From Lama glama (Eukaryota): a DNA stretch of 64,000 bases. The DNA is taken from the NCBI GenBank assembly GCA_028534125.1, contig CM052817.1, positions 38,256,001-38,320,000 of the forward strand, read 5' to 3'. Numbering within the stretch: the first letter of the stretch is position 1; each line of letters opens with the position of its first letter. Below the pieces are notes generated by a model. The model was not told the DNA's origin. It saw only the letters and a list, made by a program, of their open reading frames with translations, and did not search any database. The position numbers and the translations under genes are program-made. Positions 13,846-26,790 of the stretch are shown here, in pieces.

Positions 13846-14531
13846 TATTGGAAAGGTAAAATTATGAGTAGATATGATTGGTTACCTGTAATATCCAAGG
13901 AAACCAACAGAAAATGTGTGAAGAATGAGAATAGAATATATAAAAGCAGCTGAGTTCAAAATTAATTCAAAGAATCAAGAGCATCCATCTATATAAACAA
14001 TCACCAGTAATGGTTAAAAAAAAAAAGACCCGCCTCCATAATATTGTAACAAAAATAAGAAATACCTACATTAAATTTGACCTGAAATATGCATGGTCTA
14101 TTTAAATAAAACTTTAAAACATTACTTGGACACACACACCAAAGGAACTAGGACATATTTAAAACACTTAAATTATAAATCTGTCAATTTTCACCAAGTT
14201 AATAAAGAATTTTAACTTCTTTATAATAAAAGGAGTCATGATTTTTTCCTCTCAATTAGACAAGCGCATTCTATACTTTACACAGAAATCAACATGCAAA
14301 AGTAACTAGGATCTATATATCACACCTTATACCAAAATAAACGACAGATGGACCAATGAATTTAATGTAAAAATAAAACATAAAAGTACTAGAAAAAGCC
14401 ATGGGAAATCTGTTTTAATAATCTCAGAGTATGGAAGACCTTCCTGGTTATGATGCAAAACCCAGAATCCATTTCAAAAAAGGATTCAAATTTCAACTCT
14501 GTAAATTCCACAAATATCTGTCTCTGTCTTT

Positions 14532-14770
14532 TATATATACATATGGAGATACACACATGTATAAATACACACATGCATAAATATATATACATATACATGC
14601 ACACACATATGTGTGTGTATGTGTATATATATAGTGTGTGTGTATATATATATATTGTGTGTGTGTATATATATATATATATATAGGGGGTGTGTGTGTG
14701 TATGTATGTATGTGTATGTATATATATATATATATATATATAGTGTGTATGTACACACACATACGTGTGT
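14532..14770. repeat. Compound (TA)n/(TG)n/(CA)n microsatellite
   Basis: Direct reading of the sequence. Confidence 0.95.
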
Positions 14771-16889
14771 CTGTGGTGGATAGTTTAAACACAGTCAAAT
14801 GTAAAGAAGTATCTTAAAGGATTTTTTCAGCAACCACAGCCAAAATAAAAAGTTTGACAACACATGATGTTGGAGAGGGTATGAACAAAAAATACTATTA
14901 TACCTTGCTAGTGGTGGTGTAAATTGGTAAAATTCCCATAAGTGATAATTTGCAAATATCTACCATAATGAAAAATTACTTTCTGCTTTTAGAAATTTAA
15001 TCCTATTGATGCGTCTTACATGTGAAAATGCTGCAGACATATCATTTGTAACAGAAAAAGATTAGAAACTATAAAAATGTTTATCAGTAGAGTGCTGACT
15101 AAATAAACTGGGGTACATCTATAATAGAATACCATGTAGCAGCTATAAAAATGATAAAGAAGGTCTTTGTGTGCATACACACACACACAAACTCAAAGAC
15201 AGAATTTGATAGGAAATAAAAACAAGGTAAAGAATAAAATCTGCAGTTTGCTGCATCTTTGTCAAAAAAGAGGAAAAATATATCTGTATGTCTGTGTGTG
15301 CACTGAATATCTCTGGAAAGATACTTAAGGAAGTCATAACTTGGGTTGTGTCCGAGAAGGCAACTGGGTGACTGAGGAACAAAAATAGGAAGAAGATATT
15401 TCACTGTGTGCCCTTTTGAGCACTTAAAATCTACTTTAAAATATTAAATATATCTATATATCTATCTATGAATATATATATTTAACATTTAGATATATTT
15501 AACATTTAGATATATTTCACATGTAGCTATACAAATAATATATTAAAAATATAATTTATATTTAACATAGATATATTAGATACATGAAAAACTGTTATAT
15601 CTTCCTGCAACTCATTGGTATGAAATTACATGCAAAGGTTTGCTTCTTATAATCTGGAATTTAAAGAAAAAGACTTTATTTCTAAAAGGTAGTGAAAGTA
15701 CAATTAGACAAAAAAGAGAGCCTTTGCAAAACTGGGAAAAGAGTAATTTAATACATTCTATAACATCTATTTTTCTAAACTGTATAGTTCACACAAAGTC
15801 ATGACCAACAAGAGAACTGGAGCCAATGATTAGAGGCGTCAAACATTAGAAATACCCAAAATATTATAAATAAAGGAGTCATAATAAGAAATCACCACAA
15901 ATTGTTAAGATTAATATTTTTTCAAAGGTCAGACATTACAAAAACGATTTCAGTAAAGCTAGAATCCACAAATTCCTTGCAATATATAGACTGACAGGGC
16001 TTTACATAACTGACCGTCAGCCGTTCTGATCACAATATTAAGTGCTTGGAAATTTCAGGAAAGCCATTGCTGAGATAGCTTCAAATACTTTATTTTAAAT
16101 ATGCCTCTCAGCTGCTGGATTAATATAGTTTCGCGCCTTTGGTTTTCAGGCTGGAAAATGAGATGAAGAACTCAATGATGCAGAAAAGGCATAGAAGTTT
16201 CTCTTCCTTTAAAGGTGGCAGTGTGTAGTTATTGAAACTCTGAGTTCTCCATGAGTCTGATCTGCTTTAAGGCACAGAATTCAAATACACACCTTCCAGC
16301 ATCAGAGAAACACAAATATATAAACTAGATTTTGGGCAAAATCAGCCAAAGACGCTGCTTTGGAACAGATACCCTAAAAATTATTTTTCCAAGAGAAATA
16401 ATGTATATAATACTCTTAAAGATCACATATTTTTTCATGTTTACATTAATTTAAAACTCTTACTGCCTAAGAAAATAGGTCCTTTCAACTAAAGGTTTCA
16501 CTAATTCCTTGTGAGAAGGATCCCCACATTATTAATTAGCAATTAATATTAGAAGCTGTATAATCACTGGTCTGCTCTCTACCAGTTTGTATTTGCTTAA
16601 AATTTTCACTATTACAACATAGTTAATCCTATACCAAGACTCATCTCGATTAATATTTTGTTACAACAAGTAACATCTAGCAATTTTAAAGATGGAGGTG
16701 AACAAGATACCTATCTTAAGTCAACCGAACTGAAGGAAAGATTCTGGCATCCAGGATATGCAGACCAGACAAGCAGCAAGCCCTGCAAAACAGTGCCCGC
16801 TGAGCTTTCCTCCTGCTCTAAGGGGAGCCACATGTTAAGTTACTCAATATCAAGGAAATTAACCTCTCAGTGACTATTATTCTTTCCAG

Positions 16890-17300
16890 TAATCAATCTT
16901 AAAATTAATTTTTATCTCTATTTGTTTTAAGAAGGGTTTAAACTAAGACATATTTTACAGATAAAACATAGCAAAGAAAAGTAAGTGAAAGCAATAATGC
17001 TGAGGTAAAAGGACAGTGAGGAAAGGAAAACAAAATGAAGGTTAGTATATAAATAGCAATTGCATGCCTGAAATCCTGTGTAAGCAACTCAGATCAGGGG
17101 ATCAGTGTTTCAGAAAACTGGCAGCTGTTTATAAAGCAAATATACACCTGGTGTAAAGGAAAAGCCCACCCTTTTCTCTTAGTGAAATTCAATTTCTTCT
17201 GTGGATTATTTTGAGAATAACACTGTAATGTGATAGACAGCATCCTTACAATACAGAGACAAGTTCTTTATCACAGGTTGTTTTCTTATAATGTTTCTAG
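16890..17300 (-). mobile_element. Possible very old LINE remnant (L4/RTE-X-like)
   Basis: 'tttatctctatttgttttaagaagggtttaa' resembles recalled L4 3' ends; weak support. Confidence 0.3.
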
Positions 17301-18671
17301 ATACACACATGTGACATCAAGTCCAATTACATACGTTTCAATAAAAATAATGCTGTGATGGGGAAGGAGGGTCATCTATTAATAAGTATCTATGAGACTC
17401 TTTGATGGCTGAATTTAATCACAGGATGTATGAGCAATTTTTAATAATGATGGCATTATATAAGATGATTAATCTCTTAATGTATGATGTTATCAAAAGG
17501 AGTTAAAAGTGACTAATATTTAAGAGCTTTAAAGGCACAGAAAATTCACCCTAGGGTGTTATATAATGGAGAGCAATGGTTCAAACGTGTATAATTTGCT
17601 CTGCAGTTGATGACTAGGCTCAGAATCAGTCCACATGCACTCTGGTTCGTGGCTGGCACAGAATGGGTGGTCCTGAGAAAATTAGGACTGTTCTGGAGGC
17701 AATGCAGAGTGACCTCCTCAGGTTGATCAGAATAAAGGTAGTCAGTATCAAGTCAGGGTCTGGTGAGTATGATGTAGATGGTTGGACTTTGGGACATCAT
17801 TTATCCTGAGAAGTCTTCTATAATTGCTTGTCGTGTGGTTATTTGCTTTCTTATACAAGGCTGTTTGTCCTCTTTTTTAAGAAACAGAATGAAATATGTT
17901 CAGCTGCTTCATATATCAGGTAATAACAGGTATCTGCCTTTGCAAAATAAATTGATGAACCAAAGACTGAAGCAGACTTTTTCCTATCTTATCCCATTTC
18001 CTCTCCATCTACTCCAACTACATTTTAATCTTCTCTCTGGTTTCTTTTTCTCTACATCCAGTGTATCACAGACAGTTATGACATGGCTGGCATTGACTTT
18101 TCCTATTCCTTTTGTCTCATTTTTTTCTGTTTATGAAGAAAATACAAAGAAATACCCCCCATTTTTTCCATAATTTGTGTTAAGTTTCTATAATGTTCCT
18201 TGCACTTTTAAGTTTCCTCGTAAAAGAAAATATTTCATCAGGGTAATATACATATACATGTATGTATATATATATATGTGTGTGTGTGTTTATGTATATG
18301 TATATATTGTCAAAATACACAGTAGGAGTTTTGTTTTTTAATTCCCCAGGAGTTCTTATTCCCCACAACTCTACTATTTTCTCAAAAGTCTTAACAATTT
18401 TAATATTGATTCTGACATGTTTATATTCAGTGGTTATAACAGGAGCTAATCCTAAAGTCCTATACAGTTCAGGCCACATGAGTTTGAATCTTGTTTTTTC
18501 AAGGAAAAGACAGGTGTGAGTATTTGGTAGTCCACCAGTTTATGTAGGATTCATACCGTCAGGAGTTCTGCAGCACATGAAATTAGTCTCTAAGATCTCT
18601 AGGTACTATTATATTTTCAATGACCTCCTCCACCAGATATAAGTGCAAACACATGCAGCCAACATGGTATA

Positions 18672-18893
18672 CAGTTGATCTTTGAGCAATACAGGTTTGA
18701 ACTATTTGGGTCCACTTATATGCAGATTTTTTTTCAATGGTAAATAATAGAATACTGTAAGATCTGAGGTTGGTTGAATCTACGGGTGCAGAACCGTGGA
18801 TATGGAGGACCAACTATAAGTTATAAGCAGATTTTCAACTGCAGGGGGAGGTGGTTGGCACCCCTAACCCCTGCCTTGTTCAAGGGTCAGCAG
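18672..18893. mobile_element. Tigger2-derived TcMar MITE
   Basis: Terminal inverted repeats 'cagttgatctttgagcaa' / 'ttgttcaagggtcagcag'; TA immediately 5'. Confidence 0.85.
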
Positions 18894-18989
18894 TGCTTAC
18901 TCTAAATCAGATTCCTCTGAGTATCTGCCTGTAAACACTCAATGCTTCATTTCCATCAGCATGCCTTGTGCTCTCCTGTTTACGACTTA

Positions 18990-19815
18990 TCACTAATCAT
19001 TGCCTTTCCTATCAAAGAAGACATTTTCTCTGCACATTTTTTGTCATGAGACTCTGAGTACCCGTCCCTGCCCTGTTGACCTTAGACTTTAACCAGTGGG
19101 ATGTTAGCAGACATGATGAAAACAGAGGCTTAAGGTATGCCTGTGTAACTGAGTTTTCCCTCTTAGGCTTCTGTGATTACCAAGATAAGGTCAAGCCCCA
19201 AGTAGCCCATGGTCCAAGGAAGATAAAAGGCAGGTGGAACAGATCTGAATTCTACCCACAGGTTGCCAAGCCCAGCCTAGAGCAGCCAGTCTACAACTGT
19301 GAAAATCTAATGTGGAAGCAAGAAAAAAACAACAGATGATTGTTATAAGACGCTGAGTATCATGATGGTTTGTTATGCATTATTTTGACAAAAGATAAAT
19401 GCTAAAGATATTGGTATCTAGATTTAAGGTACTATTATGCAAAAACCCAATATATGTAGCACTGGCTTTCAGATCAGGAGGCGAATGACAAACTATTATA
19501 GGAGGCTAGAAATATAAGGAACCATTTCACATAGTGGTAAAATTTTTGGTAAAAAATGTTTCCTGTGATAGCTTGGAGACAGAACATATACCTAATAAAC
19601 TTGCGAGCTTAGGCAAGCAGGTTCTCAACTAGAATATTAGAAGAATGAGCAGGCTTCTGGTAGGTGTATTTGCTAAGGTGCTACAAGAAATAAACAAGCT
19701 CAGCAAAGAACTGACTGGTTTGCAAATAGAACTGAGAGGACATACAGTGAGCTCAGAAATGCTGGACTTTGCTGAGCAGGAAAATAAAAGTTTCTCATTT
19801 CTAACTTTGTCAATC
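18990..19815 (+). mobile_element. MaLR LTR (MLT1) followed by MaLR internal sequence
   Basis: LTR 3' end 'tgttataagacgctgagt...ggtttgttatgcatt', then internal sequence; the ORF at 19645-19854 resembles a MaLR internal ORF remnant. Confidence 0.75.
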
Positions 19816-19889
19816 AGAAAAAAAAAAAATATATATATATATATATTGCCCTGACACTTGGAGGCATTCAATAAATTTGAGATCTCTTA

Positions 19890-20330
19890 TAGTATAGCAG
19901 GATTGGTTTCATGCAGTGGAATATTATAAAGCAGTTAAAATTAATGAACTAGATACTAAATGTATCAATATGGATTAAAGTTTATAGTGCTGAGTGATAA
20001 AAGCAAACTACAACAGGAGTTATAGATGATGAGATACATTAAACTTTTAAAATATGCACTTATTATATGTTGTTTATGGAAATACATGTATGTAAAAATG
20101 TGTAAAAACATGCATGGACATTAAACACACTAGCTTCAGAAGTAGCCAACTCTAACGTGAAAGGAGAGGAAAAGGACAGAGCTTTCCCATATGTGTAATA
20201 TTTTATTCCTTTACAAAAATGCTATGTGAAAAAATTGGGCAGAAGGTTCATTCTGTTAAATGTGTGTGGTGCATACATGATGAACTTTTAAATCAGTTTA
20301 CTTTCATAATTAAAACTGAACATAATATAA
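19890..20330 (+). mobile_element. Old L1 3' UTR fragment
   Basis: 'tggaatattataaagcagttaaaattaatgaactaga...tgctgagtgataaaagcaa'. Confidence 0.7.
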
Positions 20331-20814
20331 AATGGAAAAGGAATAAAAAGCATTCCTTTTAGTACACAGCTTCAGACTAGTTCTTCATAGATAAAAATAA
20401 TGACGTAATATTAAATACTAAAGTATGCATTTTGCTACTTTGATCATTTTAGTCTTAAAATACAATTTTCATGGCCTGAGAACTGACCTGGTCTGAAAAC
20501 TGGCGTATTGTCCCTTGCATCATGTATGTGTATGAATATAATGAGGGAGAACCCAATTTATTCACATACTTGCCTAACTAGCCACCAAAGAAGAAATATA
20601 ATCCTACTTATTTGCACTAGTTATTTTTTAAGGGTTCCTTGCCAGTGTATGCAATCAATTCCAACAAACCCACTGGAACTAACTATAAGAGAACCTGGAG
20701 AAAGTGCAGGTCAAGCAAGGGATTATAATTAAATACCTGAATGAAGAAATAAATGGTGTGTCTGCCATATATAGCCAGGCAAGAGTTCAGAAACAAGTCA
20801 GTTGCTGTGCTCAC

Positions 20815-20957
20815 ATTTTTCCTGCACACCCCATCAGGCTTCAGCAAGCAGCTAGAACACATTTTCATCAGACTTCTGCCACTGACTCAAAGTATAATCA
20901 TAATTTCCAGTCAGACTCTGCGTTTTCGGAAGACACCCATGTACCTGCACTGTTTTT
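20815..20957 (-). other. Candidate 143-nt stop-containing exon
   Basis: Pyrimidine-rich acceptor 'gttcttccctcag|AAAAA' and donor 'AAT|gtgagc'; phase-1 frame (E)KQCRYMGVFRKRRV* ends at 20911. Confidence 0.35.
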
Positions 20958-21318
20958 CTGAGGGAAGAACATTGCGAGAGGGAGGAATCAGGTCACGGAA
21001 GGAGGAGGGAGCAGGGGCGGGGACCACCAGTGAGCAGCTCAGGTGACGAGTTACTGATTCTTGCAGTGCTAATGAATACATCCAAACGTTTTCATAAACA
21101 ACAGTTTGTCAAAGAGGAAGAGCTAAACACAATTTCTAAAGCCCTAAAAAGGCAGGCACTTTTTAGACCCATCATTTTCCTGCCATGGATAAATGTCCTC
21201 GGATCCAGTAGAGATGGCTGCTCATTATTACACAATGGCTTTCACTTATCTAACAAAATGGCAAATGTGCTTCAAGCATATTAGCTTTACCCACATGATA
21301 AATTTTGGCAAGTCTTTT

Positions 21319-21324
21319 TTTATT
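21319..21324 (-). terminator. Candidate poly(A) signal AATAAA for the 22884 exon
   Basis: tttatt on the plus strand, about 1.5 kb downstream of the 22805 stop. Confidence 0.3.
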
Positions 21325-22562
21325 TGAAAACTTGTTGTCCAAGTCCCTACATTTACAAGGTTACATTGAGCAGCAAAGTTTTTGATAATACAAAATATTC
21401 ATTTAAAACTAATCTGTAAGGTTAGTTCCCACCAAACATTCTTCTTAGTTTACCCCATAGCAGTAGCACAAAGCCACAATTATAGCTTGTTTTTTGTTAG
21501 ATGAAATACATTTTCAAGATGAAATCCCCAAAATGTATTTATTATTGACTATGAAATTAGGTCCTCCTTTTAAATGCATTTGCTTTTTTTCTATTTCCAA
21601 TTTTCTTTAATAATAAGCATCCTCTGTTCCACTCTTACCATAATTTTTAGATGAACGTATTGATGCCAAAAGGCATTCTTTCTCAATTTCTCTCCCATAG
21701 GCCACCGCACCAAGAGCCTGGACCAATCTAGGTCTAATTTATGTCAAAGTTCATGCTTTCACCCATTGTGCAGTCTAACTCTCCAAGTGAAAATTTAAAG
21801 AGCCACTGTATTTGAGGCAGAGCTGTAAGGGGTCCTGGGGAGACAGTGAAGGAGACAGTAGAAGAATCTTGATAAATGTGAATGGAAACCTTGAGAGCTA
21901 ATAACATACACAAGGCCTTTGAAATTGTGAACACCTGTTCACCATGGTAGCAAGAATCACTGCACATGAGAAACAAGTGCGCCACTTTTTCCCTAAGGGC
22001 CTGGAAACCAAAGGAGAGACTGATTCTGATATGCTCCAATTCAGCTTCACCTATCTCAGAGCTTTTGCATCTGATCTATTTTTGTTGATGATACTGAGCC
22101 AAATCCATTAAAATGCTTCAGTTTGGCTCCATAACCCATGAGTGCTCTCTAAGGAAAACATGCCCAGGAGCAAAGCATTCTATGTCCCCCCTATGTCCCC
22201 CCTATGAACATATTCTATGTTCAACACATCAGTACAAACACTCCACTAGCCCTGAGCAGTGATAAGTTGATTCGGATTTGGTCCACGCCCTCAGGATGCT
22301 CACCCAGATAGACAATGCTTATTAAATTGTCCTATGTCCCAATCACTGGGAGTCTAAACTGTCTATTTCCAAGTAGCTAAAAACAGTGTAAGCTCCTGCA
22401 GATAAAGTGCAGTTTGATGGCATTTACACTGAAAGTGCCAGAGTGCTAAGCAATGAAGGATCTCTTTTTCAGTTCATAATCCAATCAAATCATCATCACC
22501 CTCCCCAAAGGGAATGCATTGGGTTGCCCTCCTCATTGATGTCATGAAAGCAATAGCAAAGG

Positions 22563-22612
22563 CACACAAACACACACACACACACACACACACACAAAGA
22601 AAGAAAGAAAAA
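22563..22612. repeat. (CA)n followed by (AAAG)n
   Basis: Direct reading of the sequence. Confidence 0.95.
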
Positions 22613-22804
22613 GTAAGCAAACAAGCAAGCAAGACTCGTGGTAGAATAGAAGTGAAAGCTTTCTCAGATTAGCTTAAAAATGTATAGGCATGTATTTTGC
22701 AGAATACGTTAAAGGAAAACAAAGCTGCCTTAGAAATTGATAAACATTGGATTGACAGTGAACTTGGAGCATTTGCAGAAGCAGTGACAAAAACAGTCCT
22801 GAAA

Positions 22805-22884
22805 CTAAGTTAACGCTCCTGTTGCAGAAGAGCGTAGGGCACGGAGAGCAGGGTGAGCTGGACGAGGGCAAGGGCCTAAATGTT
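22805..22884 (-). CDS. Candidate coding part of an alternative last exon: (E)HLGPCPRPAHPALRALRSSATGALT*
   Basis: Acceptor 'tatttctgttctcatctag|AA'. This is an 80-nt GC/CpG-rich island in AT-rich DNA, with GC concentrated at codon positions 1-2 of this frame and ending at the TAG. Confidence 0.45.
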
Positions 22885-23064
22885 CTAGATGAGAACAGAA
22901 ATAGTGCCATTGGTCCCTCTGACCAATGGTGTCCAATTTCTCAATGGAGGGAAAATTCAGTTGATAGCAGCACCTAGTGTTTTCAGTATTTAGTCTACAT
23001 TTAACGAAACAGAGAATTGTATAGGGCTTCATTTCAGAGTGTGCATTTAATTCCTAATTAAATG

Positions 23065-23313
23065 ATAACAAGCGTTATTCTAGCACTTGTATGCCAAGCA
23101 CTTTTCTAAGCATTTTACATACATAATTGGTTTAATCATCACAATAATCCTTTGCCATCGGCAATATTATTATTCTCAGTTTACAGATGGGAAATCTGAG
23201 CCACAGAAAGGTCAAGTAACAAGTTGAAGGTCCCACAGGTAGTAAGTGGAAGAGCCAGGTTCAAACTAAGCAGTCTGGCTCCAGAATTCATCTCCTAACA
23301 CTATGCTGCCTCT
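23065..23313 (-). mobile_element. Near full-length MIR
   Basis: 'cagtttacagatgggaaatctgagccacagaaaggtcaagtaac...aggttcaaactaagcagtctggctccaga'. Confidence 0.9.
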
Positions 23314-24804
23314 CCAAGACAATCCCCAGGTTTGATTATATTACTGAATTCATAGCACAGAATATTTATTCAGAACTGTCAACCAACTCTATACTGACCA
23401 CATGGCCACAGAGATGCATACTATTACATACATGTTTATATGTAAATAACAGACACAAACAGTCCCATAGAGACTAAATTATATATTTGACATCAGTGCA
23501 GGGTACAAAGGAAAGAGTGGCTAGAATTTTATAAACTGTTTGACTATTTGTCCTAATTATGGCACTCATTTTTTCTTGCCTCCACTGACAAAAATAGGGA
23601 AGCATTAAGTAATAAGCATCCTTTAAAAATTCCATGTTAATATGTCTTATGTCCTAGAGTGTTACATATTACAATAGCCTCCTTTCCTTCTTCCTGTTCT
23701 CTCTCTCCCTTCCCTTCTCCTTCCTTCTTTCTTAAATTCAATCCATATTTTTGAGCATACACTAGAACAATCCGCGTTCTGCTCATTCATTATAAACAAT
23801 GCAACCAATTCTGTTACGGACCAAAAAAAAAAAGGATCTTGAATAGAAGATGTCTTTAAATAGAGTTTCAAAATCTTCATTTCAATTCTTAATTCCCCCT
23901 ACCACTGACACATTTTACAGCTTACTTGTTATAAATGCAGACCCTCAGAGAGTAAGAGGGACACCTGCATCTACTCCAAGCCCCAGAGTTTAGGTTGGTC
24001 TGCAGCCAGCACCAGACATCATGCACTCTCATATTCCACCTCACTTAAGCCCCGTTAACACCTGAGGAAAAGCACAAGACCCAGGGACTCTATCCTGAGA
24101 CACTTGGAGCAGCGTGGCCACCGCTCCCACACCTGGGCTGAATGAGGAAGTATCAAAGCTGCTGTGTGACCGCTGGAAGACACTTTTCTTTTCCTTCCTT
24201 ATGATTTAAAATTCATCCCAGGGTGGTTGCGTTATATGTAAAATTAGACCAATCCACAGAGAAATAGCTAGTGGAGATTCAAATGAGTTGAATGTATCAA
24301 AGATACAAAGGAAGGGGTACAGAGACAACTGATGTGTGACTTTTCTTAGTGATACTGAATGGCCTGACACCAGTGAGCTGTTAGACTGTGGGGGAATTTT
24401 TTTTTTTTTGCCAATTTTAACTATTTTAGAGAATCTTTATGGCTAGAATAAAAGTGACTTAAAGGGGTTTGATGCAGAGTGCAAAACTCTCTATAGGGAA
24501 TGCTGTGATCTGTATTTTATTAGTTCTATTTAAGCAGAATGGAAATCGTCCGACCATTCTGGCCCTGAGAGAGACTCAATTTTTCTGACTCCATCTATTT
24601 ATAATGTCTACTCCAACTCCAAAGGGAGACTGCCCCTAAGTAGAAGGACGTGAACTCAAGCTTCCTCTTACCAAAGGCAATGGACCCTGCTAGAACTGTA
24701 GCTGCATGATACTGTAGACAGCCTTCTACATCTGCAAAGCCCTTTCACATAGTTCTAACCGCCCACTGAAAGAAGTAAGGCATTTATTATTAGTGTCTCT
24801 CATA

Positions 24805-25085
24805 TTCTTCAAGATTTTCTCAAATGACACCTATCAGTCTTTCTTTGGCAATTCTTTATAAAACAGTAACCATTCTCCACCAAACCCTCCAGCCCTTCCT
24901 ATCCCTTTGCTAGTTTAAGTTTTGACCAAAACATTTAACTCTATGAACATTGTACATATTTATGTATTACATATTGTCAACCTATCAGAATGAAAAAGGT
25001 GACTGTGTTGTTCACGGATCTATCCTTGGGGCTTGGAAGAGCGCCTGTCAGATTTAGCCAATATCTGTTGAATGAATAAATAATG
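24805..25085 (+). mobile_element. L2a 3' end
   Basis: Ends 'aatatctgttgaatgaataaataa'. Confidence 0.7.
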
Positions 25086-25549
25086 ACTATAAGGGCTCAT
25101 AAGATTGTGATTTGCTCAATTTATAAAGCTAATTGGTGGTAGATTCAAATTTCAACCTTGCAATCTATGTATCTTTTGCTCTTTCTATAGACATCCTAAA
25201 TGCCCCTTTGAGGCCTGATACCTAAAAGAGTGAAGATATTTCCTAAGGTGTTTGGCATATAGCAGTTTGTCAATAAATTTTGTTGCATCTGAATCTGAGT
25301 AACTGTGTATACTACCCACCACATAAATGTTACGATTTTCCACGTGCCTAAAAGTCCCTGAAAGAGCTCCAGTGAGAGGAGGGGAGAAGCAGACAGTTCC
25401 TGAAAAGGTTTCAAGGAGAATAAGCAAAAGAGGTTGGCTACTGTCCATAAACTGTAATTCTTAAAGGAATCCATTGCAATCCCCATAAACACTTTGGTTA
25501 CTGCATAAACCTTCAGCCTTGTTATTCCCACTAATCTTTTCAGGGTAAA

Positions 25550-26790
25550 ATGTATTTTGTTGTTGTTGTTGAAATTAGTGCATGCTCTTTGTAGAAATTT
25601 AGAAATGCACAGAAAAACACACAGAAAATATAAATTTCCTGTGTGTAATTTCACTGTTCAAAAACAACTCTGTGTATCTTTTCACTTCCATCATATGCAT
25701 GTATATGTTGCATTATAAATAGTGGAGATTTTAATGAACATACTATTTCACACCTACTTTTTAAAAATTTAAGTAGGAATCATAAGCATTTCCCATTTCA
25801 CTGAGTATTCTTTTTTTTTACATTTTTTATTGTTATAGTCATTTTACAATGTTGTGTCAAATTCCAGTGTAGAGCATTTTTCAGTTATACATGAACATAC
25901 ATATATTCATTGTCACATTTTTTTTCGCTGTGAGCTACAAGAAGATCTTGTATATATTTTCCTGTGCTATTATACAGTTTATTAAGTATTCTTAAAACAT
26001 GAGTTTAAATGACTTTCTTCATGAATGCAGTATACTTTGTTTAACCATTTCCCATATTTGCAGATATTTTGTTGATCTTAATTATTTACTATTCCAAACA
26101 AAGACATGAAAAGATCATGTAAACAAATATCTGTAAACTTCTCTGATTATTTCCTTAGAATAAATTTTTTCATGGAATTGCTAGGTCACAGAGGATAGAC
26201 ACCTTACTCTTTTGAGGTGTGTTGTGAACTTTTCATCTGGGTAGGTTATACTGGATTAAACTCTCTTAGCAATATGTTTACCTGAAGTTTTGTCAACATT
26301 TTATGATTAAAAAATATATTTCCAATTGGATCTCTCATTATCTATAACTTTATATTATGACAAAAAATAGTATGTGTTCATTACAGAAAATGTGAAAAAT
26401 CTGGACATGAAAATGTTAAATAAAAATCACCCATATTCTAATACATGTAAACACTGTTAACACTTCGGCATAAATACTTTCAGCTTTGGTTGTTTGTGTG
26501 TATGTTTGAACGGCCATAGCAACACATCTAAACACACTAAAATTTTTTAAGTAGGATGAAACATACACTTTTAAAATAAAAATATAAACATTTTCTTCTT
26601 TTTATTAGTCATTCAATTATAAGAACATTTTAATGGCTGCTTTGTATTCCAACATACAAATAAAATTTATTTCACCAGGCTGTTAAGGTTAATTCCAATC
26701 ATATTATTTCAAGCCTATTTAATAAAAGGATTTTTCATATGTTTATTGATCTTGTGTAATTCTTTTGTAATTTGTCTCTTTTAGATCTTT
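25550..26790 (-). mobile_element. Degenerate L1ME-type 3' fragments
   Basis: 'ttctctgattatttccttagaataaat...ggaattgctaggtcacagagg' and 'tgttcattacagaaaatgtgaaaa'. Confidence 0.6.
25811..25980 (-). mobile_element. Young 5'-truncated L1 3' end (camelid L1-like) with TSD
   Basis: Poly(T) then 'acattttttattgttatagtcattttacaatgttgtgtcaaattccagtgtagagca'; AGTATTCTT duplicated at 25804-25812 and 25985-25993. Confidence 0.8.

Larger units (their letters stand above)
10620..15430 (+). mobile_element. Highly degenerate old L1 (L1ME-like), interrupted by younger insertions
   Basis: A-rich plus strand, ORF2-start-like 'gtaaatggctaaactcaactatta', ORF2 3' remnants at 13850-14520, and an L1ME4-type 3' UTR 'aactgggtgactgaggaac...atttcactgtgtgcccttttg'. 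Confidence 0.7.

Noticed and set aside
14389..14798. Y/I/H/T-rich ORFs (also 18180-18519, 50512-50937, 57151-57375)
   Set aside because: Translations of dinucleotide microsatellites
22180..22222. 11-bp tandem duplication and small hairpin (similar micro-duplications near 399, 15478, 38190, 55880)
   Set aside because: Typical slippage products with no spacer structure; not CRISPR-like
22674..22910. 'LFCNR' resemblance to an HTR4 splice-variant tail
   Set aside because: Only a 5-residue match; no other HTR4 tail exon found in the window
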